Positions 20,276-30,048 of a stretch of 64,000 nt of DNA are shown here, in pieces. The translations under genes were made by a program, and so were the position numbers. The stretch covers positions 46,509-110,508 of the forward strand of contig JAQCIK010000004.1 in NCBI GenBank assembly GCA_027592035.1. Reading direction: 5' to 3'. Every line of letters starts with the position of its first letter. The stretch's first letter is position 1. A model generated the notes under the pieces. It had not been told where the DNA came from and ran no database searches. It saw nothing but the letters and a program-made list of their open reading frames with translations. This stretch comes from Actinomycetota bacterium. GTDB taxonomy: Bacteria > Actinomycetota > Acidimicrobiia > Acidimicrobiales > Ilumatobacteraceae.

Positions 20276-21565
20276 ATGAACTACGACCAGGCCCTCGCGT
20301 ACCTCGATTCCCATGCGTCCTATGAGAAGACGGGACGTATCGACGCGCCGTCGCTCGACGTGATCCAACGTCTGTGCTCGGCGATGGGGGATCCCCAACA
20401 CGCCGCTCCGGTGATCCACATCACCGGGACCAACGGCAAGGGTTCCACCGCCCAGATGGTGACGCGCCTGTTGATGGCATCGGGACTGAAAGTGGGTACG
20501 TACACGAGTCCGCATCTCGAGCGAGTGAACGAAAGGCTGGCCATCGATGCCGTAGCCATCTCGGACGAGGCGTTCGGGGAGCAGGTCGGTGCGGTGGCCG
20601 ATCTCGAGATCGTCGCCGGTGTTCGGCCCGGTTATTTCGATGCCTGCACGGCGGCTGCATTCCGATGGTTTGCCGATGAGGCGGTCGACGTCGGGGTCGT
20701 CGAGGTCGGACTTCTCGGTCGCTGGGACGCGACCAATGTCGTCGATGCTCAGGTGGCGGTGATCACCAACATCGGTCTCGATCACACCGAATTCGCCGGA
20801 CCGACACGAGCTCACATCGCGCGCGAGAAATCCGGAATCGTGACGCCGACGTCGGCTCTGGTGACGGGGGAGACCGACCCGGAAATGCTGGCCGTCTTTC
20901 GTGACGCGAACCCCGCCGTGATGCTCGTGCAAGATGCCGACTTCGGTGTCGGATCGAACGAACTCGCTCTCGGTGGTCGATTCGTCGAATTGCGCACCCC
21001 GACCACGATCTACCCCGAAGTTCTCGTCCCACTTCATGGCCACCATCAGGCCACGAATGCCGCCGTGGCGCTCACCACGGTCGAAACGTTCTTCGCACGC
21101 CCACTCGAGGAGTCGGTCGTGTCGGAAGGATTCGCCGGTGTCGAGATGCCCGGCCGCTTCGAGATTCTCGACCACCAACCGCTCGTCATCGTGGACGGTG
21201 CCCACAACCCGGCCGGGGCCGACGTCTGCGCCTCGGTGTTCTTCCACGACTTCGATCCGGCGGGCCGCCGCGTCCTGGTGGTCGGCTGTCTACGTGGTCG
21301 TGATCCGGGTGAGATGCTCGCTGCGCTCCGTGCCGACGAGTTCGATCAGGTCGTGTGCTGCACGGCCCCGTCGCCGCGGGGTCTTCCGGCATCCGAGGTC
21401 GCGCGGGCAGCTCGAGAACTCGGGTGCGACGAGGTACGTGAGATCGGTGACGTCGAGGGTGCCCTCGAACACGTTCTCGCGTTCATGTCGGCCGACGATG
21501 CGGTTCTCGTGACCGGCTCGCTGTACGTGGTGGGAGCCGCCCGCGCTCGGCTACGACGCCGGTAG
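20276..21565 (+). CDS. folC: Bifunctional folylpolyglutamate synthase/dihydrofolate synthase
   Basis: MNYDQALAYLDSH..., Mur-ligase P-loop ITGTNGKGST, VDGAHNPAG. Confidence 0.9.
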   Translation: MNYDQALAYLDSHASYEKTGRIDAPSLDVIQRLCSAMGDPQHAAPVIHITGTNGKGSTAQMVTRLLMASGLKVGTYTSPHLERVNERLAIDAVAISDEAFGEQVGAVADLEIVAGVRPGYFDACTAAAFRWFADEAVDVGVVEVGLLGRWDATNVVDAQVAVITNIGLDHTEFAGPTRAHIAREKSGIVTPTSALVTGETDPEMLAVFRDANPAVMLVQDADFGVGSNELALGGRFVELRTPTTIYPEVLVPLHGHHQATNAAVALTTVETFFARPLEESVVSEGFAGVEMPGRFEILDHQPLVIVDGAHNPAGADVCASVFFHDFDPAGRRVLVVGCLRGRDPGEMLAALRADEFDQVVCCTAPSPRGLPASEVARAARELGCDEVREIGDVEGALEHVLAFMSADDAVLVTGSLYVVGAARARLRRR

Positions 21566-21576
21566 CGTTCCCGCCC

Positions 21577-21987
21577 ATGTCCGATCGCACCCTTGTCCTC
21601 TTGAAGCCCGATGCCGTCGAGCGTGGTCTCGTCGGCCAGATCCTCGGTCGTTTCGAAGCCAAGGGGCTCCGTCTGGTCGCCCTCGACCTCCGAAGTCTCG
21701 ATGCCGACACCCTCGCTCGCCACTACGAAGAGCACGTGGGGAAGGGGTTCTACGCCGATCTCGTCGAGTTCATGTCGCGCGGCCCGGTCGTGGCCCTCGT
21801 GCTCGAAGGACCGGAGAACACGTGGGAAGTCGTGCGCACCATGATGGGCACCACCAATCCCCGCGCCGCTGCGCCGGGAACCATCCGAGGTGACCTGGGG
21901 ATTCTTTTCACCGAGAACCTCGTCCACGGGTCGGATTCCCTGGCCTCGGCCGAGCGGGAGATCGGGATTTTCTTCCCCAATCTGTAA
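21577..21987 (+). CDS. ndk: Nucleoside diphosphate kinase
   Basis: ERTLVLLKPDAVERGLVGQILGRFE...GTIRGD...NLVHGSDS. Confidence 0.95.
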   Translation: MSDRTLVLLKPDAVERGLVGQILGRFEAKGLRLVALDLRSLDADTLARHYEEHVGKGFYADLVEFMSRGPVVALVLEGPENTWEVVRTMMGTTNPRAAAPGTIRGDLGILFTENLVHGSDSLASAEREIGIFFPNL

Positions 21988-21998
21988 CATTTCGGCCC

Positions 21999-23030
21999 AT
22001 GGCCAGGAACAATCCGCTGGCCCTCGGCCGTGACATTGCGATCGACCTCGGGACGGCCAACACCCTCGTGTACGTGCGTGGGCACGGCGTCGTCCTGAAC
22101 GAGCCGTCGGTCGTGGCTCTCGACGTGGCGGACGGGCGTCCGGTGGCCGTCGGTAACGAGGCCAAGAGGATGATGGGACGGACCCCTGGTCACATTCGGG
22201 CCGTACGTCCGCTGAAAGACGGAGTGATCGCCGACTTCGAGGTCTGCGAGAAGATGCTGCGCTACTTCATTCAGAAGGTGCACACCAGTCGCTGGAGCAA
22301 ACCCCGCATGGTGATCTGTGTGCCGTCGGGTATCACAGGCGTCGAACAGCGAGCAGTGCAGGATGCCGCCGAGTACGCCGGGGCACGCAAACCGGTCCAC
22401 ATCATCGAAGAGCCGATGGCCGCTGCCATCGGAGCCGACCTCCCGGTGCACGAACCGAGTGGCAACATGATCGTCGACATCGGTGGCGGAACGACCGAAG
22501 TCGCCGTGATCTCGCTCGGTGGAATCGTCACGGCGCAGTCGTTGCGAGTCGCCGGCGACGAACTGGACGAGGCGATCATGGCCTACCTGAAAAAAGAATT
22601 TTCGATGGCCATCGGAGAACGTACGGCCGAGGAGATCAAGATTCAGATGGGCTCGGCGTGGCCGATGGAAGAAGAAATGACCGCCGACATCCGCGGTCGT
22701 GATCTCATCAGTGGCTTGCCACGCACCATCTCGCTGTCGACCGAACAGGTTCGCGAAGCGCTCGCCGAACCGGTCGCAGCCATCGTCGACGTCGTACGGA
22801 CGACGCTCGACAAGACCCCTCCCGAACTGGCGGCCGACATCATGCACGCCGGAATCACCCTGTCGGGCGGTGGCGCACTTCTCGCCGGGATCGATCGCCG
22901 TATGGCCCACGAGACCGGTATGCCGATCAACATCGCCCCTGATCCTCTGTACGCCGTGGTCATCGGCTCGGGTCGAGCGCTCGAGAACATCGAGGCCATG
23001 GGGGGACTGCTGGCGGACAGTGCCGATTGA
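21999..23030 (+). CDS. mreB: Rod shape-determining protein MreB
   Basis: IAIDLGTANTLVYVRGHGVVLNEPSVVA...DIGGGTTEVAVISLGG. Confidence 0.95.
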   Translation: MARNNPLALGRDIAIDLGTANTLVYVRGHGVVLNEPSVVALDVADGRPVAVGNEAKRMMGRTPGHIRAVRPLKDGVIADFEVCEKMLRYFIQKVHTSRWSKPRMVICVPSGITGVEQRAVQDAAEYAGARKPVHIIEEPMAAAIGADLPVHEPSGNMIVDIGGGTTEVAVISLGGIVTAQSLRVAGDELDEAIMAYLKKEFSMAIGERTAEEIKIQMGSAWPMEEEMTADIRGRDLISGLPRTISLSTEQVREALAEPVAAIVDVVRTTLDKTPPELAADIMHAGITLSGGGALLAGIDRRMAHETGMPINIAPDPLYAVVIGSGRALENIEAMGGLLADSAD

Positions 23031-23060
23031 GGTGAGTCTCGTCGTCGGGGGTGATCGCAC

Positions 23061-24200
23061 GTGCCGGTCTACTCGGTGAGTCGTCGGAGGGCGCTCGCCC
23101 TCCTCACTCTCACGTCGATCCTTCTCATCACCCTCGACTTGCAGGGCAATTCGATCGTCGACGGCGTGCGGCGAGCGTTCGGAACGGTGTTCGAGCCAAT
23201 TCAGGATTCGGCTCGTGTGGTGACTCGACCCATCGAGAACGCGTGGCGAGGTATCACCGACTACAGCGATCTCGAAGCGGAGAACCGACGACTGCAGGAT
23301 CTGGTCGATCAGCAAGAAGGTGCATTCATCGCCGCCTTGGCCACCGCACGTGACGCCCAAGAACTTCTCGCTCTGAACGGCATCGACGACCTCACCGAGA
23401 TTTCGTCGATCACGGCCCAGGTCGTCGGTGGAGCACCGTCGAACTTCTCCCAGACGGTCGAGATCAATCAGGGATCGAATGACGGGCTGCGCGTCGGGAT
23501 GCCGGTCGTGAACGCCGGTGGACTCGTGGGCAAGGTCACCCAGGTTTTCTCGACGCGTTCGATCGTTCTTCTCGTGAACGATGCCACCTACGCGGTGCCG
23601 GTCCAGATCATCAACCTCCCTGAGGTGGTGACGACCACGACGACGACCACGACGACGACCACCACGACCACGACAACGACGACAACGACAACCACGACGA
23701 CGATGGCGCCGACGTCGACGGTCGCTCCGGGTATCGACGACGTACCGGCCGGAATCCCCCCGGTGGTCGGTTCCGAACCGGAGGACCGAGCGACGGCACC
23801 CACGGCCCCGGCGCCGTCGACGTCGATCGCGTCGATCGTGACCGCGACTCCGGCGACCACGGTCTTCCCACCGTCGGCCCAGACGTCGACGACCATCGAC
23901 ATCGACAATCTGCCGGCCACCGAAATCGGCGCTCTGCGTGGACGGGGGCCCGATCAACCGCCGATCGTCGAGTTCGTCGAACAGAGCTCGCGATTCGGGG
24001 AGATCAGAGTCGGTGCCGTGGTGATCACGGCTGGTGGATCGAAGAGTTTGGCTCCGCGAGGAATCGTCGTCGGCCGAGTGGTGAAGATCGTCGAGCGCCC
24101 GGGTACGTCGGGAGCGATCCTGGAAGTGAGGCTTTCGGCTCGGCTGACGTCACTGAACTTCGTTCGTGTGCTGTTGTATCAACCGGCGGTGAGCGAATGA
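23061..24200 (+). CDS. mreC: Rod shape-determining protein MreC with a large Thr/Pro/Ala/Ser-rich insertion
   Basis: N-terminal anchor RRRALALLTLTSILLITLDL, coiled region ENRRLQDLVDQQ, barrel motifs GLRVGMPVVNAGGLVGKV and VITAGG...GIVVGRV, and position between mreB and mreD. Confidence 0.85.
   Translation: MPVYSVSRRRALALLTLTSILLITLDLQGNSIVDGVRRAFGTVFEPIQDSARVVTRPIENAWRGITDYSDLEAENRRLQDLVDQQEGAFIAALATARDAQELLALNGIDDLTEISSITAQVVGGAPSNFSQTVEINQGSNDGLRVGMPVVNAGGLVGKVTQVFSTRSIVLLVNDATYAVPVQIINLPEVVTTTTTTTTTTTTTTTTTTTTTTTTMAPTSTVAPGIDDVPAGIPPVVGSEPEDRATAPTAPAPSTSIASIVTATPATTVFPPSAQTSTTIDIDNLPATEIGALRGRGPDQPPIVEFVEQSSRFGEIRVGAVVITAGGSKSLAPRGIVVGRVVKIVERPGTSGAILEVRLSARLTSLNFVRVLLYQPAVSE
23631..23702 (+). 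repeat. 24 consecutive Thr codons (ACG/ACC/ACA) inside mreC
   Basis: Counted directly: acg acc acg acg acg acc acg acg acg acc acc acg acc acg aca acg acg aca acg aca acc acg acg acg, in frame with the 23061 start. Confidence 0.9.
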
Positions 24201-24733
24201 TCGAACTCTTGAATCGACCGGTGCTGAGACTGGTGCTGTTGGGTCTCGTTGCGCTCGCCGTGCAGACCACGTTGCTGGCCGACATGACCCTCGACGGCAT
24301 CGTCGTTCAGCTCATGCTTTGCCTGTCGGTCGCCGCGGGTGTCTCAGGAGGACCCGAGCGCGGTGCCCTCGTCGGTTTCATGTTCGGAACCATGTTCGAT
24401 CTGGTTCTGTCCACACCTCTTGGTCTCACGGCTCTCGTCTACGGGTTGGCCGGCTTCGTGGCCGGATACGTGAACTCGCTCACGGCCAATCATCCATGGT
24501 GGCTGGGCTCGATCGTCGTCGGCCTCTCCACGGCGTTGGCGACCTTCGTGCATCCCGTCTTCGCATCGTGGGTCGGTGTCGATGGGTGGCTCACTCTTCG
24601 GGTGGTCGAAGTGGCCGTGGTCGTTGCGGGGTTCAACGCGGTTCTGGCCCCGGCGGCTGTTCCTCTCATGCGCTGGGCACTCGTGATCAAACGGCGAGCC
24701 CGGTTGGCCCCTCCACCGGAGATCTTCCTGTGA
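24197..24733 (+). CDS. mreD: Rod shape-determining protein MreD
   Basis: Small polytopic membrane protein with an ATGA overlap to mreC and a GTGA overlap to the PBP2 start. The call rests on position and topology. Confidence 0.75.
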   Translation: MIELLNRPVLRLVLLGLVALAVQTTLLADMTLDGIVVQLMLCLSVAAGVSGGPERGALVGFMFGTMFDLVLSTPLGLTALVYGLAGFVAGYVNSLTANHPWWLGSIVVGLSTALATFVHPVFASWVGVDGWLTLRVVEVAVVVAGFNAVLAPAAVPLMRWALVIKRRARLAPPPEIFL

Positions 24734-26904
24734 GCGGTGATCGGCGTTCCACGAGACTCTCCGTCGTCGGAGCGATCGCCGCCGTGCTCTTCTCGGCGCT
24801 CGGTCTGCGGATGTGGTTCCTGCAAGTGGTCGACGCGCCGGTTCTCGAACAAAAGGTCGAAGCCAACAAGACCCGAACGGTTCGCCTTCTTCCTGAGCGC
24901 GGACGAATCTTCGATCGTGAGGGTCGGATCATGGCCGACAACGAGCGAATCCTGACCATCACCGTGGCGTGGGACGTCATCCGACGCGAAGCGGATCGAT
25001 TGGAACTCTTCGCCCGTCTGTCGCCGGTCCTCGACGTGTCGGTGACCGATCTCGAGAATCGCTACGACAGTGGGCGTTACAGCCCGCTGCTGCCGATGCC
25101 GGTCAAAGAAGGGGTGGGGGAGGACGTCGCGCTCTATCTGATCGAACGTTCGGAGGACTTCCCGGGTGTCGACGTGGCCAATCAGTGGCGCCGTGATTAC
25201 CCCTACGCACCGCTCGCTGCTCATGTGGTCGGCTATCTGGGCGCGATCACTCCCGAGGACGCCGAGCAGTATCGCGACCTCGGTTACGACCTGAACGAAC
25301 GGGTGGGTCAGTTCGGAGTCGAGAAGATCTTCGAGCCCTATCTCCGGGGCACCCCTGGTTTCGTGCGGTACGAAGTCGATTCACGAGGCGCGATTCTGAG
25401 TGTCGTCGAGCAGGTCGAACCCATGCCGGGCAACGATCTGCAGTTGACGATCGATCTCGATCTTCAACAGTTCGCCGAGCAGGCCTTGGAAACTCAGCTA
25501 CGGCTTCGGCGTTTCGTGGAAACCTGTCAGGCCAAGGATGCGAACAAGATCTCGGTGAAGCCACAGTTCCCGGATTGCCAGAACCTGAAGGCGCCCGCTG
25601 GCTCGGTGGTCGTTTCGAACCATGGGACAGGTGAAGTGTTCGCGCTGGCGTCGTACCCGACGTTCGACAACAGGTGGTTCAACGCCGGAGTGTCCTCCGA
25701 CAAGTTCGCTCAGATCTTTCCGCGCGACGACGATCCGGACAAGTCGATTCTGGTGAATCGGGCCATTCAGGGTCAGTACAACCTCGGTTCGAGTTTCAAG
25801 CCGTTCGTCGCTTTCGCAGCGCTCGATTCCGGTCAGCTCATCGGGGGCGCTGATTATCGCTATCTCGACCAGGGCACCTACACGTTGACGAGCATCGACT
25901 CGACCACGTGCCAGGTCGTCAAGTGCGTCTATCGAAACGCCTTGTGCGGTGGAGGGAACAGCCCCTGCTACTACGGGTCGGTCAACGTCGAAGATGCACT
26001 TGCAGTCTCGAGTGACACGTTCTTCTACAAGATCGGCGAGCAGATCTTCGCCGAGCGGGGTGGCCAACCGATCCTTCAAGAGGAGTTGCGCCTCTTCGGT
26101 TTCGGCGGCCGGACCGGTATCGACCTTCCGTACGAATCGGCCGGGCGTGTTCCTGACAAGGAATCGAAAGCCGATCTCGTCGAGAGGGGCGTGCTGGCCG
26201 AAGGAGAGAGTCCCAACTATCTGGTCGGTGACAACGTCCAGTTGGCCATCGGACAGGGCCTCTTGGCTGCGACACCGCTTCAACTCGCACAGGCCTACGG
26301 GACCCTCGCCAACGGTGGATCGGTTCTGCGGCCCCTCGTGGCACTGGCGCTCCTCGAGCCCGGCACCCCCGACTCCGACGTGCCGGGAGTGGCCGACCTG
26401 TCGCAGTCGACGGTGACACTCGATCTGGCCGGTGTGAGTCCGATCCGAACCATCGACATGCCGGCCGAGTATCGAGACCCCATCGTGAAGGGTCTCCAAC
26501 GCGTGATCACCGGACCAGGGGTCGACAGCGATCGCTATCACTCGACGACCGGTGAGAAGTTGTTCGCGAGTTACCCCTACGACGATCTTCCGATCGCCGG
26601 TAAGACCGGTACGGCACAGGGGGCTGCGAGTCTTCCCTGGAACGACTCCTCGGCTTTCGGAGCCTTCAGCCTCGATCCGTTCCGTCCCTTCACCGTCACG
26701 GCGTATCTCGAGAAGTCGGGCTACGGATCACGCGCGGCGGCACCGGTGGTGAAGTGCATGTTCATGGCCCTCGCCGAGGCCGTCGACACCTCGGACGTCG
26801 AACTGTCGAATCCCCTCGACGTCGAATCCACCCGAGCGGCGCCCGATCGAAAGCTCGAGAGCAATCGCTGTCTCGGCGGCTCTCAGTACGGCGGACGGGA
26901 CTGA
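24730..26904 (+). CDS. mrdA: Penicillin-binding protein 2 (elongasome transpeptidase)
   Basis: VSGDRRSTRLSVVGAIAAVLFSALGLRMWFLQV anchor, RGRIFDREG, SSFKP (SxxK), KTGTA. The GTG at 24730 overlaps the mreD stop. The track ORF from 24319 is an R-rich over-extension. Confidence 0.9.
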   Translation: MSGDRRSTRLSVVGAIAAVLFSALGLRMWFLQVVDAPVLEQKVEANKTRTVRLLPERGRIFDREGRIMADNERILTITVAWDVIRREADRLELFARLSPVLDVSVTDLENRYDSGRYSPLLPMPVKEGVGEDVALYLIERSEDFPGVDVANQWRRDYPYAPLAAHVVGYLGAITPEDAEQYRDLGYDLNERVGQFGVEKIFEPYLRGTPGFVRYEVDSRGAILSVVEQVEPMPGNDLQLTIDLDLQQFAEQALETQLRLRRFVETCQAKDANKISVKPQFPDCQNLKAPAGSVVVSNHGTGEVFALASYPTFDNRWFNAGVSSDKFAQIFPRDDDPDKSILVNRAIQGQYNLGSSFKPFVAFAALDSGQLIGGADYRYLDQGTYTLTSIDSTTCQVVKCVYRNALCGGGNSPCYYGSVNVEDALAVSSDTFFYKIGEQIFAERGGQPILQEELRLFGFGGRTGIDLPYESAGRVPDKESKADLVERGVLAEGESPNYLVGDNVQLAIGQGLLAATPLQLAQAYGTLANGGSVLRPLVALALLEPGTPDSDVPGVADLSQSTVTLDLAGVSPIRTIDMPAEYRDPIVKGLQRVITGPGVDSDRYHSTTGEKLFASYPYDDLPIAGKTGTAQGAASLPWNDSSAFGAFSLDPFRPFTVTAYLEKSGYGSRAAAPVVKCMFMALAEAVDTSDVELSNPLDVESTRAAPDRKLESNRCLGGSQYGGRD

Positions 26905-28067
26905 TGGCGGCCCCGATTCTTCCTCGTCGCAGCGATTCTCGGCTCGGGGGCTTCCGAGCCGGACCGGGGGATCCGAGTCGAAACATCGACTGGTCACTGA
27001 TCGTTGCGGTGGTGCTCCTCGCGGTGATCGGCGCCTTCGCGATCTACAGCGCCACGTTCTGGAAGGTCGCCGACGACCCGTATTGGTTCACGGTTCGACA
27101 GGTCGTGTTCGCCATCGTGTCGGCCATCGTCTTGGCGGCCACGATGTCGTTCGACTACACACTGCTGCGCGAACGGGCGTTCTTTCTCTACGGATGTGCA
27201 CTGGTCGCGCTCGCCCTCGTCCTGGCCGTCGGAGCACTGCGTGGAGGAGCGCGTCTGTCGTTCGACCTCGGTCCGGTCCTGTTCCAGCCGGCCGAATTCG
27301 CGAAGCCAGCCGTGATCGTCGTGTTGGCCGCCTATCTCGCCGAAATTCGAGAGGACTCGGTCAGCTACGCCCGTTTCATCGGAGGCCTGGTGCTCGTCGG
27401 GGCGCCGGTCGTTCTCATCATTCTTCAACCCGATCTCGGTTCGGCCTTCGTGATCATCGTCGGGGCGCTGGTCGTCTTCCTGATGGCGGGGGCCAAGCTG
27501 CGCTACCTCGCCATGATCACGTTTCTGACGGTGGTGACAGTGGCGGCTGCGGTCATCGCCGGGGTGGTCGATCGTTACCAGTTGCGTCGTATCGAAGCGT
27601 TCCTCAATCAGAACTCGACCGATGACAATCTGAAGGATCTGGTTCTCCAGGTGCGATTCGCCAAGCGCGCCGTCGGAACGGGAGGGTGGTTCGGCAAGGG
27701 TTATCTGGAGGCTCCGCTCACCAACGGAAAGTTCATTCCCGTGCAGCAGAGCGACTTCATCTTTTCGGCGGTGGCCGAACAGTTCGGCATGCTCGGTGGT
27801 GGCCTCGTGATCCTCTTGTTCGCACTTCTTCTCGTGCGTATCTGGAGAGTCGCCCATCTGAGCAAGGACACCTTCGGCACGTACATCTGCGCCGGAGTTT
27901 TCGGCATGATTCTCTGGCACGTCTTCCAGAACATCGGCATGACCATGGGAATCATGCCGGTGACGGGTGTTCCCTTGCCCTTCGTCAGTTACGGGGGATC
28001 GGCTCTGGTGGCCTTTTCCATCATGATTGGCCTGGTCGAGAGCGTGCACATGCGCCGAATGCGCTGA
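26904..28067 (+). CDS. rodA: Rod shape-determining protein RodA (SEDS family)
   Basis: IDWSLIVAVVLLAVIGAFAIYSAT...QPAEFAKP...QPDLGSAFVI...PLPFVSYGGS. The ATG at 26904 overlaps the PBP2 TGA by 1 nt. Confidence 0.9.
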   Translation: MAAPILPRRSDSRLGGFRAGPGDPSRNIDWSLIVAVVLLAVIGAFAIYSATFWKVADDPYWFTVRQVVFAIVSAIVLAATMSFDYTLLRERAFFLYGCALVALALVLAVGALRGGARLSFDLGPVLFQPAEFAKPAVIVVLAAYLAEIREDSVSYARFIGGLVLVGAPVVLIILQPDLGSAFVIIVGALVVFLMAGAKLRYLAMITFLTVVTVAAAVIAGVVDRYQLRRIEAFLNQNSTDDNLKDLVLQVRFAKRAVGTGGWFGKGYLEAPLTNGKFIPVQQSDFIFSAVAEQFGMLGGGLVILLFALLLVRIWRVAHLSKDTFGTYICAGVFGMILWHVFQNIGMTMGIMPVTGVPLPFVSYGGSALVAFSIMIGLVESVHMRRMR

Positions 28068-28101
28068 TCGAGACAGGCCCGACCGGTAGGATTACGGAGT
28101 C

Positions 28102-30048
28102 ATGACATCCCTCTGGACGCGGGTCGAACCGTTGTTGGCGAGGGTGCGCAAACCAGCCCGCTACATCGGGTGCGAGGACGGGGCCATCGAGCCTCGTCAT
28201 GGTCCGGGCAAAGTCGCCTGGCTTCTCGCTTATCCCGATGTGTACGAAGTCGGCCTACCGAATCAAGGGCTTCAGATCCTCTACGAGATCCTGAACGAGC
28301 GCGCCGACGCCGTCGCCGAGCGTACGTACGCGCCGTGGGTCGATCTCGAAGCGCTCATGAGGGAGCGATCGATTCCCCTGTTCTCTGTCGACACGCACCG
28401 GGCGGCGGGCGACTTCGACGTGATCGCGTTCAATTTGTCGGCGGAACTCGTCTACACGAACGTCCTCAACATGATCGATCTGGCGGGTGTGCCGATTCAC
28501 GCTGCTCGTCGGCGCCCTGACGATCCCCTCGTGATCGTCGGCGGCCATGCGGCGTTCAACCCCGAACCACTGGCCGACTTCATCGACGTCGCCGTTCTCG
28601 GTGAGGGAGAAGAGGTGGTGAGCGAGATCACCGAGGTCGTCCGTGAATGGAAGGCCTCGGGTCGCACCGAAGGTTCTCGGGAGGCCGTCCTTCGCGCCCT
28701 GTCGAAGATCCCTGGGGTCTACGTGCCGTCGATGTACGAGGTCGAGTACGAGCGCGAGCGCACGGTGTCGGTCACCCCTAGGTACACGGACGTCCCGTCG
28801 ACAGTGGTCAAGCGGACGGTTTCCGATCTCGCGCAGTGGGACTATCCGCGTCGCCCCCTCGCTCCGCTCACCGAGGTGGTTCACGATCGATTGGCCGTCG
28901 AGGTCTTTCGAGGTTGCACCCGTGGGTGTCGCTTCTGTCAGGCGGGCATGATCACCCGTCCGGTCCGGGAACGCCCGGCCGAACAGGTTCGCACGATGAT
29001 CACTCGCGGCCTTGAGCGCACGGGCTACAACGAGGTGTCGCTCACGTCGTTGTCGACCGCCGACTTCAGCGGCGTCGAGAACGTGGTGTCGTCGATCGTT
29101 CCCGACCCCACCGCATGTGGAGCCCCGACGGTGAGCCTCCCGTCGCTTCGTGTCGATGCCTTCACCGTCGGCCTGGCCGCTCAGGTCGCGAGTGGCCGAC
29201 GTAGCGGGCTCACGTTCGCTCCCGAAGCGGGCACGTGGCGTCTTCGAACGGTGATCAACAAGTTGATCACCGAAGCCGATCTCTACGGGGCCGTGGAATC
29301 GGCTTACGCCAACGGGTGGTCCCGCATGAAGTTGTACTTCCTCACCGGCTTACCCACCGAAACCGACGACGACACTCGTGGTATCGCCGAATTGGCCGCT
29401 GGTTGTGTGGCGATCGGCAAGAAGTACACGCCACGGGCCAACGTGACGGTCAGCCTCGGCGGTTTCGTCCCGAAGGCTCATACGCCGTTCCAGTGGTTCG
29501 GCCAGAACGGGGTCGACGAATTGCGTCGCAAGATCGGTGTGGTCCGGTCGGCGGCGTCGCGAGGAGTTCACGTGAAGTGGCACGATCCGGCGGCGTCTCT
29601 TGCCGAAGGTGTGGCGAGTCGAGGTGACCGTCGTGTCGGTCGGGTGATCGAGCGAGTCTGGCGCGAAGGTGGAACCTTCCAGGAGTGGTCCGAATACTTC
29701 CGGCTCGATCGCTGGACCGATGCGCTGGCGGCCGAAGGTCTCGACGTCGACTGGTTCACCACCCGCCATCGTGACGAGAGTGAAATTCTTCCCTGGGAGC
29801 ACCTGAGTGCCGGGTTGCATCGAGACTTCCTGTGGCAGGACTGGCGGTCCGCCCTCGACGAACATGGCCTTCCCGATTGTCGTTGGACGCCGTGTTACGA
29901 CTGTGGGGTCTGCACCGGCGACGGGCTCGAACACGTGGTCGCCTCCCCGGTTCCTCCGGCCGGGGGCAGTCAGGGGACCGGACAGGATCTGTCGATCGGC
30001 GGTCGGATCCCCGAAGCGGTTCCGGTTCGTCTGGGGGCGCGGTCGTGA
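28102..30048 (+). CDS. B12-binding-domain radical SAM protein (TIGR03960-like family, function unknown)
   Basis: CxxxCxxC cluster motif CTRGCRFCQAG, about 648 aa, N-terminal B12-binding-like region, followed by a DUF2344-like gene as is typical for this family. Confidence 0.85.
   Translation: MTSLWTRVEPLLARVRKPARYIGCEDGAIEPRHGPGKVAWLLAYPDVYEVGLPNQGLQILYEILNERADAVAERTYAPWVDLEALMRERSIPLFSVDTHRAAGDFDVIAFNLSAELVYTNVLNMIDLAGVPIHAARRRPDDPLVIVGGHAAFNPEPLADFIDVAVLGEGEEVVSEITEVVREWKASGRTEGSREAVLRALSKIPGVYVPSMYEVEYERERTVSVTPRYTDVPSTVVKRTVSDLAQWDYPRRPLAPLTEVVHDRLAVEVFRGCTRGCRFCQAGMITRPVRERPAEQVRTMITRGLERTGYNEVSLTSLSTADFSGVENVVSSIVPDPTACGAPTVSLPSLRVDAFTVGLAAQVASGRRSGLTFAPEAGTWRLRTVINKLITEADLYGAVESAYANGWSRMKLYFLTGLPTETDDDTRGIAELAAGCVAIGKKYTPRANVTVSLGGFVPKAHTPFQWFGQNGVDELRRKIGVVRSAASRGVHVKWHDPAASLAEGVASRGDRRVGRVIERVWREGGTFQEWSEYFRLDRWTDALAAEGLDVDWFTTRHRDESEILPWEHLSAGLHRDFLWQDWRSALDEHGLPDCRWTPCYDCGVCTGDGLEHVVASPVPPAGGSQGTGQDLSIGGRIPEAVPVRLGARS

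Noticed and set aside
21750-23957. 735-aa minus-strand ORF, the longest in the track
   Set aside because: It lies entirely antisense to ndk, mreB and mreC. Its translation is R/G/D/H-rich with poly-Arg/Gly runs (the mirror of the poly-Thr codons). This is a typical high-GC antisense open frame, not a gene.
24319-24729. N-terminal extensions of track ORFs for PBP2 (24319). The same issue applies to RodA (26754), DUF2344-like (29832), rne (30490), aminotransferase (47543), glpK (to 51384), D-aminoacylase (4802), ppa (to 10607) and queG (43297)
   Set aside because: In each case the extension overlaps the preceding well-supported gene in another frame and is Arg/Ser/Trp-rich. A start that abuts or overlaps the upstream stop fits known N-termini better.
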